A stretch of DNA of 64,000 nucleotides from assembly GCA_963666285.1 (NCBI GenBank), contig OY762713.1. One strand, written 5' to 3'. The translations under genes were made by a program, and so were the position numbers. Below, piece after piece: positions 55,350 through 64,000 of the stretch (position 1 is the stretch's first letter; every line of letters begins with the position of its first letter). The notes beneath the pieces were generated by a model. It worked only from the letters and a program-made list of their open reading frames with translations. It did no database searches and was not told where the DNA came from. This DNA is from Sedimentisphaerales bacterium (GTDB taxonomy: Bacteria > Planctomycetota > Phycisphaerae > Sedimentisphaerales > SM23-30).

Positions 55350-55979
55350 ATGAAAAATATTATGATGTTATTACTGTTGATCTGTGGTTCACAATGCTTT
55401 TCAGCTATTACCGATCCCAGTAGTGTTGCAACTGACGGCTTCTTGAATAAGGGTGAATATGGGGGACATGTCAAAGTAACAGAAGACAGCGTTTTAACTG
55501 TTAATGGCGGCGGGGCAAGTGATATTGATCTTTTTGACTCTTCCTCTTTAACAGTTCTATCAACTTCAGAACCTTATGTTGACTTTGAAAGTGGAATATC
55601 TTGGATCGTTCCTAATGATTATAGTTCCGTTACAGTTTCTGGTGGTGTCGTTAATTACATTTATGTTGGCGAAAATGCTACAGTTTGGCTCGATGGCGGA
55701 CAGATAAACCTAATTAGAAGCCTTCAAAAACCCAGTCTTGGAAAAACTATTACCATCGACTGTAAAAAAGATAGCTGGTCATGGATTGGAGAGGAAGATA
55801 ATTACACCGGCATAACAGGTACTTGGCATAATGGTGAAGATTTTACAATAACATTTTTAAACGATACAATTTTATATGCTTTTCCAGACACATGGACACA
55901 CGTTCAAGTCATACCAGAACCGGCATCAATGCTGCTTCTTGGTCTTGGTGGCATGTTCCTGAGGAAAAGAAAAGTTTAA
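55350..55979 (+). CDS. PEP-CTERM sorting-domain protein 2 (recent duplicate of protein 1)
   Basis: Same length, near-identical N-terminal half; IPEPASMLLLGLGGMFLRKRK. Confidence 0.9.
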   Translation: MKNIMMLLLLICGSQCFSAITDPSSVATDGFLNKGEYGGHVKVTEDSVLTVNGGGASDIDLFDSSSLTVLSTSEPYVDFESGISWIVPNDYSSVTVSGGVVNYIYVGENATVWLDGGQINLIRSLQKPSLGKTITIDCKKDSWSWIGEEDNYTGITGTWHNGEDFTITFLNDTILYAFPDTWTHVQVIPEPASMLLLGLGGMFLRKRKV

Positions 55980-56006
55980 CTCATATATATTTGAAAAGGA
56001 GAATTT

Positions 56007-56567
56007 ATGAAAAAACTGATACTAATACTATGCTTGTGTTCGTCACTATGGGCCGGAAGCTTTGACTATGTTATTAATGAAGGATATTACAGCGACCCAA
56101 TATTGCTTGAAAATCAATCCCTTCAAATAACTGGAGGTGAAATTGCACGAGTTAATACTAGAAACAATAGCTTAACAGAAATGACAGGTGGACAAATAGA
56201 TAGTATCAATTTTAATCCTGGCAACAATGCTTTTAATATGTCTGACGGTTATGTAAAAAATCTTATTATTAACGGTTCTTGTTTAGCAACGCTAGAAGGC
56301 GGAACAATAGATAAGATTGAATTGATAAATATGACTAATGTTTCAATAACATTCATTTGCGACATTGACAGTGTATATAAAGAATATAACGAATATGGAA
56401 TACTAACAAATGTTTCAGGCAACTGGCTTGACGGAAGTGAATTTAATACACAGTTATCATTTTTTAACGATGAAAGTCTTATTCATTTTGTACCAGAACC
56501 AGCATCAATGCTGCTTCTTGGGCTTGGTGGTATGTTACTGAAGAAAAGAAAATTGACTAGACTATAA
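56007..56567 (+). CDS. PEP-CTERM sorting-domain protein 3
   Basis: Signal peptide; VPEPASMLLLGLGGMLLKKRK. Confidence 0.9.
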   Translation: MKKLILILCLCSSLWAGSFDYVINEGYYSDPILLENQSLQITGGEIARVNTRNNSLTEMTGGQIDSINFNPGNNAFNMSDGYVKNLIINGSCLATLEGGTIDKIELINMTNVSITFICDIDSVYKEYNEYGILTNVSGNWLDGSEFNTQLSFFNDESLIHFVPEPASMLLLGLGGMLLKKRKLTRL

Positions 56568-56612
56568 TCTTCGTATTATGTATAATAGCATAATAGAATA
56601 TCAATAATCGAA

Positions 56613-56700
56613 ACACTCAATTTTGGCTAGTGTGGTTTTGCTTTTTCCCTTCTGAATCCCGACCATAACATCATAAGGGCAAGATCACGCTAGCTTTTTT
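56613..56700 (+). ncRNA. Large-loop hairpin family B, copy 3
   Basis: Close direct repeat of 41250-41335: identical loop core TCCCTTCTGAATCCCGACCATAACATCATA, compensated stem. Confidence 0.6.
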
Positions 56701-56753
56701 ATTTACCTCTTATTATTATATCGACAGATAAACCTGCTAATTTAATATAACTG

Positions 56754-57149
56754 TCACCTGATTTTATATTCAGGGTATTCTCCTACTAAATACTTTTCAA
56801 TATCTTGTGTATAGTCCCTGATCGCAGCAGATACAGAAGGTTTATAATTTGTAATAAGCCTGGCATATCTAATTATATTAACAGCCAGACGATACTTTTC
56901 TTTTCCTTCAGCATTTTGAAATTCCCTATGAAATACTGTCAGTCGGTGATAGCAGATAGCAATTGCACATTGCTCTTTGGTATTATTACGATACAGCGCT
57001 GCAGTCTCGGACACTGCCCTGGAAAATGCAATATCATTATCATTACACTCTTTGAGAGCATTTTGCCAGCATTGATAGAAAATCCGCTGCAAGATGGTGT
57101 TTAGACGACGCTGACGCAGATCGTATTTACTGGGCTTTTCAGATCCCAT
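56754..57149 (-). CDS. Hypothetical protein
   Basis: 131-aa ORF starting 3 bp after the recombinase stop. Confidence 0.55.
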   Translation of the reverse strand: MGSEKPSKYDLRQRRLNTILQRIFYQCWQNALKECNDNDIAFSRAVSETAALYRNNTKEQCAIAICYHRLTVFHREFQNAEGKEKYRLAVNIIRYARLITNYKPSVSAAIRDYTQDIEKYLVGEYPEYKIR

Positions 57150-57152
57150 ATA

Positions 57153-58217
57153 CTACTGCCTCCACTTCTGATCCAGTTTAGACTGGATTTCACCTACACT
57201 GGAAGGCTGACAATAATATTTAGCAGTTGTGGTAATGGAAGCATGGCCGGCAAGGTCTCTAACCTGGTCCATTGTGCAGCCGCTTCTAACCCAGTGAGTT
57301 ATACAAGTTCTGCGCAGGGTATGGGTTGTATATAGATTCTTCCCGTACCTGTTTACCAGCCACGCCTTTTCGCATATACGGGCAAATCCCCTGGAAGCAT
57401 TGTTAATATTATAGCTGCAATGTTTATTCGGCTTTAAGCTGACAGAATCGATTATACGCCCTGCCCTGCCCTGTTCTACCCTTCTATTAAGATAGTCCAG
57501 CAATTGCGGTGAGATGGGAACCTGCCGCCCTTTACCACTTTTAAGCTTATAATCAATCGAGTTTGATACTGTCAGAACTCTGTAATTAAAATCTATATTC
57601 CAGGTATTCAGCGTTAGTATTTCACCAATACGCAAACCGGAATGATAACCGATTGCTATTATCAATTCCCAATCGAATGTTGGTGCTGTATCTAATAGTA
57701 ACTGATAATCTCCGGACGAAAGAATTATGATAGACTTTTCATCTGGTCGGCATCGAAGCGATTTACTAACCGGATTATAATCAATTACATTTCTTTCAAT
57801 TGCCCGATTGAAGGCTGCTTTGATAATTGCCAGCTCGGTATTGAACGTACCTGGCTTACAACCTTCATTTTGCCTTTTTAAGCGATAATCCAGCAGAAGT
57901 TCATTAGTTATATCTTTCAGATAGTTTGGCCCATACAGACGCTTTATATGCTCATATACACGCCTTATACCATCAATTGTACTTTGCCTGACTTTGCTGC
58001 TATGTATTTCAAGGTCTGTCTCACACCAACGCTGCCAGGTTACATTATCCAGATCGATGCAAAAGTTCTGACGCTCTCTTTCCGCTTCTTCTTCTGTAAT
58101 ACCCTTCTGCAAACTGCGACATCGATTAATAGGCTTATCTCTACCTTGAATATAATCTTCCCATCGTAGATAGAATCGACCTTTAGAACGATGGAGCTGC
58201 GGTACTCGCTTATCCAT
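57153..58217 (-). CDS. int: Tyrosine recombinase / phage integrase
   Basis: SGLRIGE, LKSGK, HTLRR, LAGHASITTTAKYY catalytic set; SAM-like core and short N-terminal arm-type region. Confidence 0.9.
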   Translation of the reverse strand: MDKRVPQLHRSKGRFYLRWEDYIQGRDKPINRCRSLQKGITEEEAERERQNFCIDLDNVTWQRWCETDLEIHSSKVRQSTIDGIRRVYEHIKRLYGPNYLKDITNELLLDYRLKRQNEGCKPGTFNTELAIIKAAFNRAIERNVIDYNPVSKSLRCRPDEKSIIILSSGDYQLLLDTAPTFDWELIIAIGYHSGLRIGEILTLNTWNIDFNYRVLTVSNSIDYKLKSGKGRQVPISPQLLDYLNRRVEQGRAGRIIDSVSLKPNKHCSYNINNASRGFARICEKAWLVNRYGKNLYTTHTLRRTCITHWVRSGCTMDQVRDLAGHASITTTAKYYCQPSSVGEIQSKLDQKWRQ

Positions 58218-58495
58218 TATCTACCTTCCTTCCTGGGCGGTAGAATCATCTTGCGGTCCAGATCGGCCTTAGATAGATTTCCGGCTGCTTTTCTCTGCTC
58301 TGAATCGATAATATAATATGCGCATATTCCGGCAGAATACTGGCACATTACAATCTGCCAGCCCCATCTTCTTAAACGATGTAAAGCTGATCGAACACTG
58401 GATACATTACCTACGAGTTTAGTTAGTTCCTGAATTGAACAAGTGTTTTCGGCAAGTGCTGTAAGAACAACTGCCGTACTGCGAACACGTCCCAT
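58217..58495 (-). CDS. Small winged-HTH protein (possible excisionase/regulator)
   Basis: SIQELTKLVGNVSSVRSALHRLRRWGWQI; coupled to the integrase start. Confidence 0.55.
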   Translation of the reverse strand: MGRVRSTAVVLTALAENTCSIQELTKLVGNVSSVRSALHRLRRWGWQIVMCQYSAGICAYYIIDSEQRKAAGNLSKADLDRKMILPPRKEGR

Positions 58496-58618
58496 ACGAT
58501 ATTCTCCATAAATATCGCATTAACCATACGCAATATTCTAACCGATGGGCATTAACACCGTCAATATTAAAAACAAGCCCAGGCTGCCCCGGACTTATTT
58601 TTTATGAGAAACGAAACA

Positions 58619-58834
58619 TTATACCGTGTTTAATAATCTTTTTACCATCTGCTTTTGAACGTGATGTTCAGTTATGATATTCAGCATAACAGCCGACTCC
58701 CTGACCCACATCTCAGAGCCGGACATGAAGAATATCCAACTTCCACCCATTGGACCATCATCTGCCTTTATATCAGCAATATCCTGAACATTGACGACTT
58801 CCTTTCGTGTCATACGACTTACAAGTATTTTCAC
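58619..58834 (-). CDS. Small hypothetical phage protein
   Basis: GAGGAGG RBS; VNVQDIADI...WVRES pattern. Confidence 0.5.
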   Translation of the reverse strand: MKILVSRMTRKEVVNVQDIADIKADDGPMGGSWIFFMSGSEMWVRESAVMLNIITEHHVQKQMVKRLLNTV

Positions 58835-59069
58835 GACCTGACCTCCTCATATTCACAGCAATTATTGTTACACTCGTCACCGCCACATATATCTTTGAAA
58901 TCTTCACCATGTTCTACCCTGACTTCTCTACACCACATATCGAAAAAATTACACCATTTCTTCATTTTTTGTTTCCTTTTTGTTGTCGATTATAGAATCT
59001 TGGTCTTCTTCAAGTCCAATTTGCAATATTGCCAATAACTGCCTGGCTGAAAGCCTGGCATAATTCCGG

Positions 59070-59768
59070 TCATTCAAACAAAAACTCTCCCGGTCTTTCT
59101 GGTGGTTCATTTTCTGCATTATTTTCCTTTCGGGATGGTATTACCCATCTCCGCTTAGTTCGTTTCTCACACAACGGACTGACAAGCTCTACCTTGCCAG
59201 ATTCAACAAGACGCTTCAGATACGGCTGATAGGTTAATGCCTGTTCAGGGTTTAATGCTGCCTGATTTGCCAACTGCTGCCAGTGGCAACTGTCAGCAAC
59301 CATGCTATGCGCCATGAACAAATATGCAGCATACATATTGCCATTATGCAGCAATTCAAAATATTGTCGCCACACCTCCGGCAATCCGGCATACTCAGGC
59401 CCGTTGACATCAAGCCCCCACTGCTCTGCAAGCAGCCTGGGAGCTTGACCGCAAATACCTTCGTAGATCACGCCAAGCCCCCTTCTCCACCCTTCTCGCT
59501 CTATCCAGCAAAAAATGTGGTTGCGGGCCTGCTGGTCCCTTTTCTCGCAATCTGACTGTCTGGGCCTGAACCTGGCCAATGCACGCCATCCTGACGGCTT
59601 TATGCTGTACTGAGTGCGGTAATTCGCAATGGTATTATCAAACTCTTCCGGGGCAAGCCCCAGAACCTCGCAAGCCTGGATAATCTCATCCACAATGGCC
59701 ATACAGCCGCTGTAGTCATAGCCGTAACCATGCAGAACGCCTGTCACATGCAACGCAATCTCACTCAA
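59070..59768 (-). CDS. Hypothetical protein coupled to replication initiator
   Basis: 232-aa ORF with 4-bp overlap with upstream gene. Confidence 0.55.
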   Translation of the reverse strand: MSEIALHVTGVLHGYGYDYSGCMAIVDEIIQACEVLGLAPEEFDNTIANYRTQYSIKPSGWRALARFRPRQSDCEKRDQQARNHIFCWIEREGWRRGLGVIYEGICGQAPRLLAEQWGLDVNGPEYAGLPEVWRQYFELLHNGNMYAAYLFMAHSMVADSCHWQQLANQAALNPEQALTYQPYLKRLVESGKVELVSPLCEKRTKRRWVIPSRKENNAENEPPERPGEFLFE

Positions 59769-60529
59769 TGGTCAGCTCCCCCTTCCGGCTTTTTCTGACG
59801 CTGATAAGCGAGATACTGCTCAGTGAGTGTCGGCTTTTCCGGCTTGCGCTGCTTGCTCCATTCGACCACAAGGCTCTTGGGTGTCAAGGCAAAGACATCG
59901 CTCTCAATGATCTCACAAAGCTGCACTGCGGGCATCAGCGCAAGCAATTCCAGGAGCTGATCGCATTCACGTTCCGGAACTGCATCAGGTGGTATTCCCC
60001 TACGCGCAGACCACTTCTCCAGTGATTTTTTGAAATCTTCCGGCTTTTTTTTATATATTTTTTTTAAATATTCTTTCTTTTCTTTCTGGTCTTTCTTTCT
60101 TTCTTTCTTATTGCATTGCGTAGCCGATACGTCTGAATATGCGTCTGGATATGCGTTCGCATTGTTTTGCCAGCGTGTATTAGCTGCTTTTTTACAAGCA
60201 CTTACGCGGCTTTTCGCTCGCTTAATCTCAGTTTCGACTCGTTTATGCTTTATGTAAAACTTAGTTCCAAAACAGTTTTTGCGCCGATGTGCGCGCTTAA
60301 CAAACTTCATTTTGATTACCTTCTCTACAGTTTCCGGCGCACTATTGCACATCATTGCAAGCCGATCCAAATCGTAATCCAGACTGTTGCCATTGCTATA
60401 GCAACCTATCAGTAGAGACAGATATACACCTCTTTCCGCATCTGTCATATACGGCCAGGCTTCATCAGATGTGAAGTCTGCCGGATAGAACCGATACCAG
60501 GAGGTATGATCGCTTTCTTTTGCCATCAT
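59765..60529 (-). CDS. DUF1376/YdaU-family phage replication protein
   Basis: WYRFYPADFTSD...MTDAERGVYLSLL...HKRVETE...KKAANTRW. Confidence 0.8.
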   Translation of the reverse strand: MMAKESDHTSWYRFYPADFTSDEAWPYMTDAERGVYLSLLIGCYSNGNSLDYDLDRLAMMCNSAPETVEKVIKMKFVKRAHRRKNCFGTKFYIKHKRVETEIKRAKSRVSACKKAANTRWQNNANAYPDAYSDVSATQCNKKERKKDQKEKKEYLKKIYKKKPEDFKKSLEKWSARRGIPPDAVPERECDQLLELLALMPAVQLCEIIESDVFALTPKSLVVEWSKQRKPEKPTLTEQYLAYQRQKKPEGGADH

Positions 60530-60600
60530 TTAGCCCATAAAGGTAATATCAGGGCTGGAACACCATGTTTCAGCCCCGATGAAGGTTATTCAGTTTTATG

Positions 60601-61176
60601 TTATTCAGTCGATATTTTCTCCTCTTTCTCGCTTGTTTCTTCGATCAATGGAGGTTCACTATCAGTCTCATCTACCTCTGGAAGCTGGTTGCCCGTCAAA
60701 CCATTAATAGCCCACTGAAGCATAAAACCAAGATGACCCCAAAGCCTTTCTCGTATCTTTCTTAACGCATTCTCTGCGCCGACTTGTTCGTCATAATTTT
60801 CAGGTCTGACACAACTTGATTGTTCTAAATCTACAAAACCGGTCAACATATTGACTTCAACCAGCGTCGTTTTTGGCTCACGAGTCTCAACTAACACCTG
60901 CCCAAGCATCAATTCAACATCATCGCTGGTTATACTGCCATAAGCTGACAGAGGCATATTAAATCGTTCAAACTCTTCTTTTGGACACCAGGATATATAA
61001 CCGCCATAGTACTGAACCATATAACCATCGTCTGATGGATTATAAGATTGGGGAGTATCCTGGCCTTTCCATTCATCATAAGCTCCTCTCGTTAGCGGCC
61101 CGGCCCCTACCATCTTGACTGCCATATAAGGTCTCAAAAATGTAGGCGCGGAATTAGCGCACTGCTGATTACTCAT
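60601..61176 (-). CDS. Two-domain phage protein with C-terminal N4 Gp49/Sf6 gp66-like domain
   Basis: DGYMVQYYGGYISWCPKEEFE N-domain; SSCVRPENYDEQVG...IRERLWGHLGFMLQ C-domain. Confidence 0.7.
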   Translation of the reverse strand: MSNQQCANSAPTFLRPYMAVKMVGAGPLTRGAYDEWKGQDTPQSYNPSDDGYMVQYYGGYISWCPKEEFERFNMPLSAYGSITSDDVELMLGQVLVETREPKTTLVEVNMLTGFVDLEQSSCVRPENYDEQVGAENALRKIRERLWGHLGFMLQWAINGLTGNQLPEVDETDSEPPLIEETSEKEEKISTE

Positions 61177-61216
61177 TGTTAATCACCTTTCGTATAATAG
61201 TGTTTATGTATGTTAT

Positions 61217-61495
61217 TTAGATCAATACACCAGCTTGTTTCATCCTGGCTTTGATCTCCTGATAGGTTTCTTTAACACTAAAATGTGGTCGATGACCTTC
61301 ATCAACTCCAGTAGCTATATTACATTCACTTGATAGAAATAATACCGCCGGTCCATCCGGCTTTGTATTTTCATCTTCGTGCATTTCCTCTATACTACTG
61401 TCTGCTATTGAAATATCTTCGATACATCTTATGTTGGTTATATGCTCATATTCATGGTCTCCATATAGCTCTGTTAATATCAAAAATCTGTCCAT
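61217..61495 (-). CDS. Hypothetical phage protein
   Basis: 92-aa ORF, AAAGGA RBS, VKETYQEI motif. Confidence 0.55.
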   Translation of the reverse strand: MDRFLILTELYGDHEYEHITNIRCIEDISIADSSIEEMHEDENTKPDGPAVLFLSSECNIATGVDEGHRPHFSVKETYQEIKARMKQAGVLI

Positions 61496-61503
61496 GTATA
61501 AAT

Positions 61504-61851
61504 TTATCCTTTCTTAATATCAAGCAGCCTTTGTATTATTGAATCAATTATAATCCACTGTACTTCCTTTGGCATTCCAAGATCAGGAAGGCATTTTACT
61601 ACACTAAACAGTACAGATCCGGCAACAGTAGTTGTTAGATTTATCTTAAAATTACCGTCACCATCCAATTTGCCTATTTCTTCTTTAAGGGTCAAAAGAA
61701 CCTTCTCTACAACCATTTCATTAGCCTTCTCATGCCGGACCAATATCTCAAATAGTTGAAATATAGAATGACCATTTGGTGTTGAATTGTCTGTTTTTTG
61801 TTCGGAATTGATATTATTGAACATCGTTTCCCATCGATTTGAACTTACCAT
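61504..61851 (-). CDS. Hypothetical protein
   Basis: ORF in leftward early block; internal ATG chosen as start. Confidence 0.45.
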   Translation of the reverse strand: MVSSNRWETMFNNINSEQKTDNSTPNGHSIFQLFEILVRHEKANEMVVEKVLLTLKEEIGKLDGDGNFKINLTTTVAGSVLFSVVKCLPDLGMPKEVQWIIIDSIIQRLLDIKKG

Positions 61852-62072
61852 AATTCTTCGTTTCCACACATAGTTCACGGTTAATAATATATAAAAGCTG
61901 CTGTAGCAATGCTGTATTACTCTTGCTGAAAATCTCACACTACAGCAGCGTACATAATAGATGGAGTATCTCCCTGCCGCCCGCTACAGGGAGGTTATGG
62001 TCAATGCGACTCGGTCTATATATATAAACGTCCTTAATCGGGCGGGACGGTTGTTTTCTACTCGGTTATACC

Positions 62073-62261
62073 CTACTCTTCGTCATCTGAATCTATAGCA
62101 GCGTCCAGACCATCGGCTCTACTGCGATTGTTTATTGTCCGGCCTGCTTCAATTCCTGACTGTATGGCTCGACAGGTTACATAACTGCTAACAACTACAA
62201 TTATTAAAATAAGTATAATCAGAACAGATAAGTCTATTATCTTGATATCATCAAAAAGCAC
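62073..62261 (-). CDS. Small single-pass membrane protein
   Basis: AAGGAGG RBS; LSVLIILILIIVVVSS. Confidence 0.5.
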   Translation of the reverse strand: MLFDDIKIIDLSVLIILILIIVVVSSYVTCRAIQSGIEAGRTINNRSRADGLDAAIDSDDEE

Positions 62262-62641
62262 TCTCTCCCTCCTTTACATTGACTATCTGGGCAATTTAAT
62301 ACAGACTGCATTTATTCACTCCCAACCTAAAACAATACCATTAAACAATTAATCAGACTTGAAATAATAATCCCCAGCGCATTATACAAACGCCCGGTAA
62401 ACAGACATGCAATTGCTCTAATAACCAGCAATATGGCTATTGCCCACCATAGTACCTTACAAACAATAATTCCTGTCATTTTTGTTCTCTGCAATGTTGT
62501 TAATTCTTAGCTGTAATGTAATACGCAAAAACGACTAATATCAATACAAGTTGATATACTACCAAAAAAAGTATCATCTATTGGCGGTGATTTCAATAGA
62601 AAAATCTGGTTTTTTTTAGGTATTATTGCTAAAATAATGTC

Positions 62642-63541
62642 ATGCCGAAAACACTACAAAATAAAACTGAGCCTGAAAAAACCAACAGAAGAATACCACA
62701 GAATATAGCTGAAACGTGGAATAAATGGTGTAAAACCCTTAATTCCAAAAATCCAGACAAGCATATCTGTAAAGGGGATTTTGCAGCAGCGGCATACCTG
62801 CTTTTGATGGACTCAAAACCAAAAAAAATTTCTGAATGTTTGGCTAAATTGTCTTCTATTAGTGAGAAATGCAAACAGGTTTCTGTTATTGTTCCCAAAG
62901 ACATTTCGGATAAATGGCTGATCTGGTGTAGCGATTTTGACCAAAAGAGTGAAATAAATAAAGGCACTTTTACTGCTGCCGCATTTGACATGCTGATGAA
63001 ATCTGAAGATGATACAGTATGGAACTATCTGAGCATTGCCAGGCAAAACCAGATAGAGACTGAAGATTTTTTCGCTGTCATTGCCCTTGAAATCGCTAAT
63101 ACTTGGGACATCTGGTGTGAAAATAATATTAAAAAAATGGAAGAATTAAACCCAAATAAGGGTACTTTGACCGCTGCCGCTATGACTAAATTTATGGATT
63201 CGTCGAATAAAGATACCATTAAATACCTGGCTGCGGCATGTACGGTCATTGGAAAAAACAAGCAGATAAAAGCAACAATACCAAATTATGTCAAAGAACA
63301 ATGGCTGTTCTGGTGTGGTAAACGGGCTTTCGATATATATAAATCAAATAATGAAATATTCAACAAAGGTACTTTTCTTGCCGCTGCCCTGACCATGCTG
63401 ATGGACACAAAATTCAGCGACGTTCAGAAATATATTTCATACTCGTACTCTAAAGATTATTATAACTACGAAATTGAAGTTGAAAATAGACAGGAAATAC
63501 TTGAACTACTAGGGTTCGCTCTTTCTGGTAAAATGTTTTAG
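62642..63541 (+). CDS. Four-repeat protein, putative tandem ribbon-helix-helix regulator
   Basis: Four copies of (I/V)xxx(I/V)xxxWxxWC...KG(T/D)(F/L)xAAAxxxxM. Confidence 0.6.
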   Translation: MPKTLQNKTEPEKTNRRIPQNIAETWNKWCKTLNSKNPDKHICKGDFAAAAYLLLMDSKPKKISECLAKLSSISEKCKQVSVIVPKDISDKWLIWCSDFDQKSEINKGTFTAAAFDMLMKSEDDTVWNYLSIARQNQIETEDFFAVIALEIANTWDIWCENNIKKMEELNPNKGTLTAAAMTKFMDSSNKDTIKYLAAACTVIGKNKQIKATIPNYVKEQWLFWCGKRAFDIYKSNNEIFNKGTFLAAALTMLMDTKFSDVQKYISYSYSKDYYNYEIEVENRQEILELLGFALSGKMF

Positions 63542-64000
63542 CGCCCATCATCCTTCATCTTAACCCGCTTTAGAAACCGCTCTACCAACTCTGCTTCCTC
63601 TGAAGTAATAGAGTCAATGATACTGATGAGATAGCGTTTGGAGTCTGTACACCCCCCTTCTGATCGGTTTAATTTAGATTTATCCTCGCCTTGCTTTTCT
63701 CTCATCCATGCTATCCTTTCTCCACCACAATTTAAGTTACGGCACACAATAGCTAAAGTATATATTTTAAATAATCATATTCAAAATATATTTAGTCTCT
63801 CTCTACTATTCACAAAATAATACTATAAATAAAACTCCCAGACCTACCCACTTATGTATTTGAATTTTATTAAATTCAGGCTGTGATTTCAAAAGAATAT
63901 CTTGCGATTTCTTAATGAAATCTCTTTCAACAATATATATTTTTTTCAATATCTGCATAATGAAATCAATAGCACTATTTTACCTATTTTAACAATAGTG

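Noticed and set aside
41250..56700. Family B hairpins as integron attC sites
   Set aside because: No RYYYAAC...GTTRRRY ends; G-U pairs and T-runs favour RNA; the recombinase shows no evident IntI-specific insertion
61187..61214. dif-like match CTTTCGTATAA-TAGTGT-TTATGTATGTT
   Set aside because: Isolated, outer right arm is poor, and it overlaps an RBS in AT-rich DNA; plausibly chance
1..64000. CRISPR array, tRNA/rRNA genes, diversity-generating retroelement
   Set aside because: No repeat-spacer array, cloverleaf or reverse transcriptase recognised; the iterons have only 6-bp spacers, and the PEP-CTERM duplicates are both full genes without adenine-specific differences

Overview
The window is dominated by a podovirus-like (pro)phage, probably of a Planctomycetota/Phycisphaerae-type host. 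That host call is inferred from the PEP-CTERM proteins and the DPN-rich dockerin-like secreted proteins. From left to right: (1) a twin winged-HTH replication initiator with an internal iteron array (0.2-1.8 kb) and small leftward early genes; (2) a ~36 kb rightward virion operon with portal, scaffold, capsid, adaptor, nozzle, an orphan nucleotidyltransferase, terL placed before terS among the tail genes, tail fibre and ejection proteins, ending in a 5491-aa polyvalent protein (C5-type MTase + N6-type MTase + Strawberry-notch helicase + HExxH); (3) an AT-rich accessory region (41-56.7 kb) with large secreted proteins, a DprA-PRTase defence-like operon and three PEP-CTERM genes; (4) a leftward integrase/replication module and a four-repeat RHH-like regulator. 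The most striking signals not explained by ORFs are three same-orientation dif/Xer-like 28-bp sites delimiting small cassettes (47.2-50.6 kb), and two families of repeated structured non-coding elements with compensatory changes, one with a built-in alternative terminator-like pairing. All family assignments are from motif recognition by eye; no searches were run.
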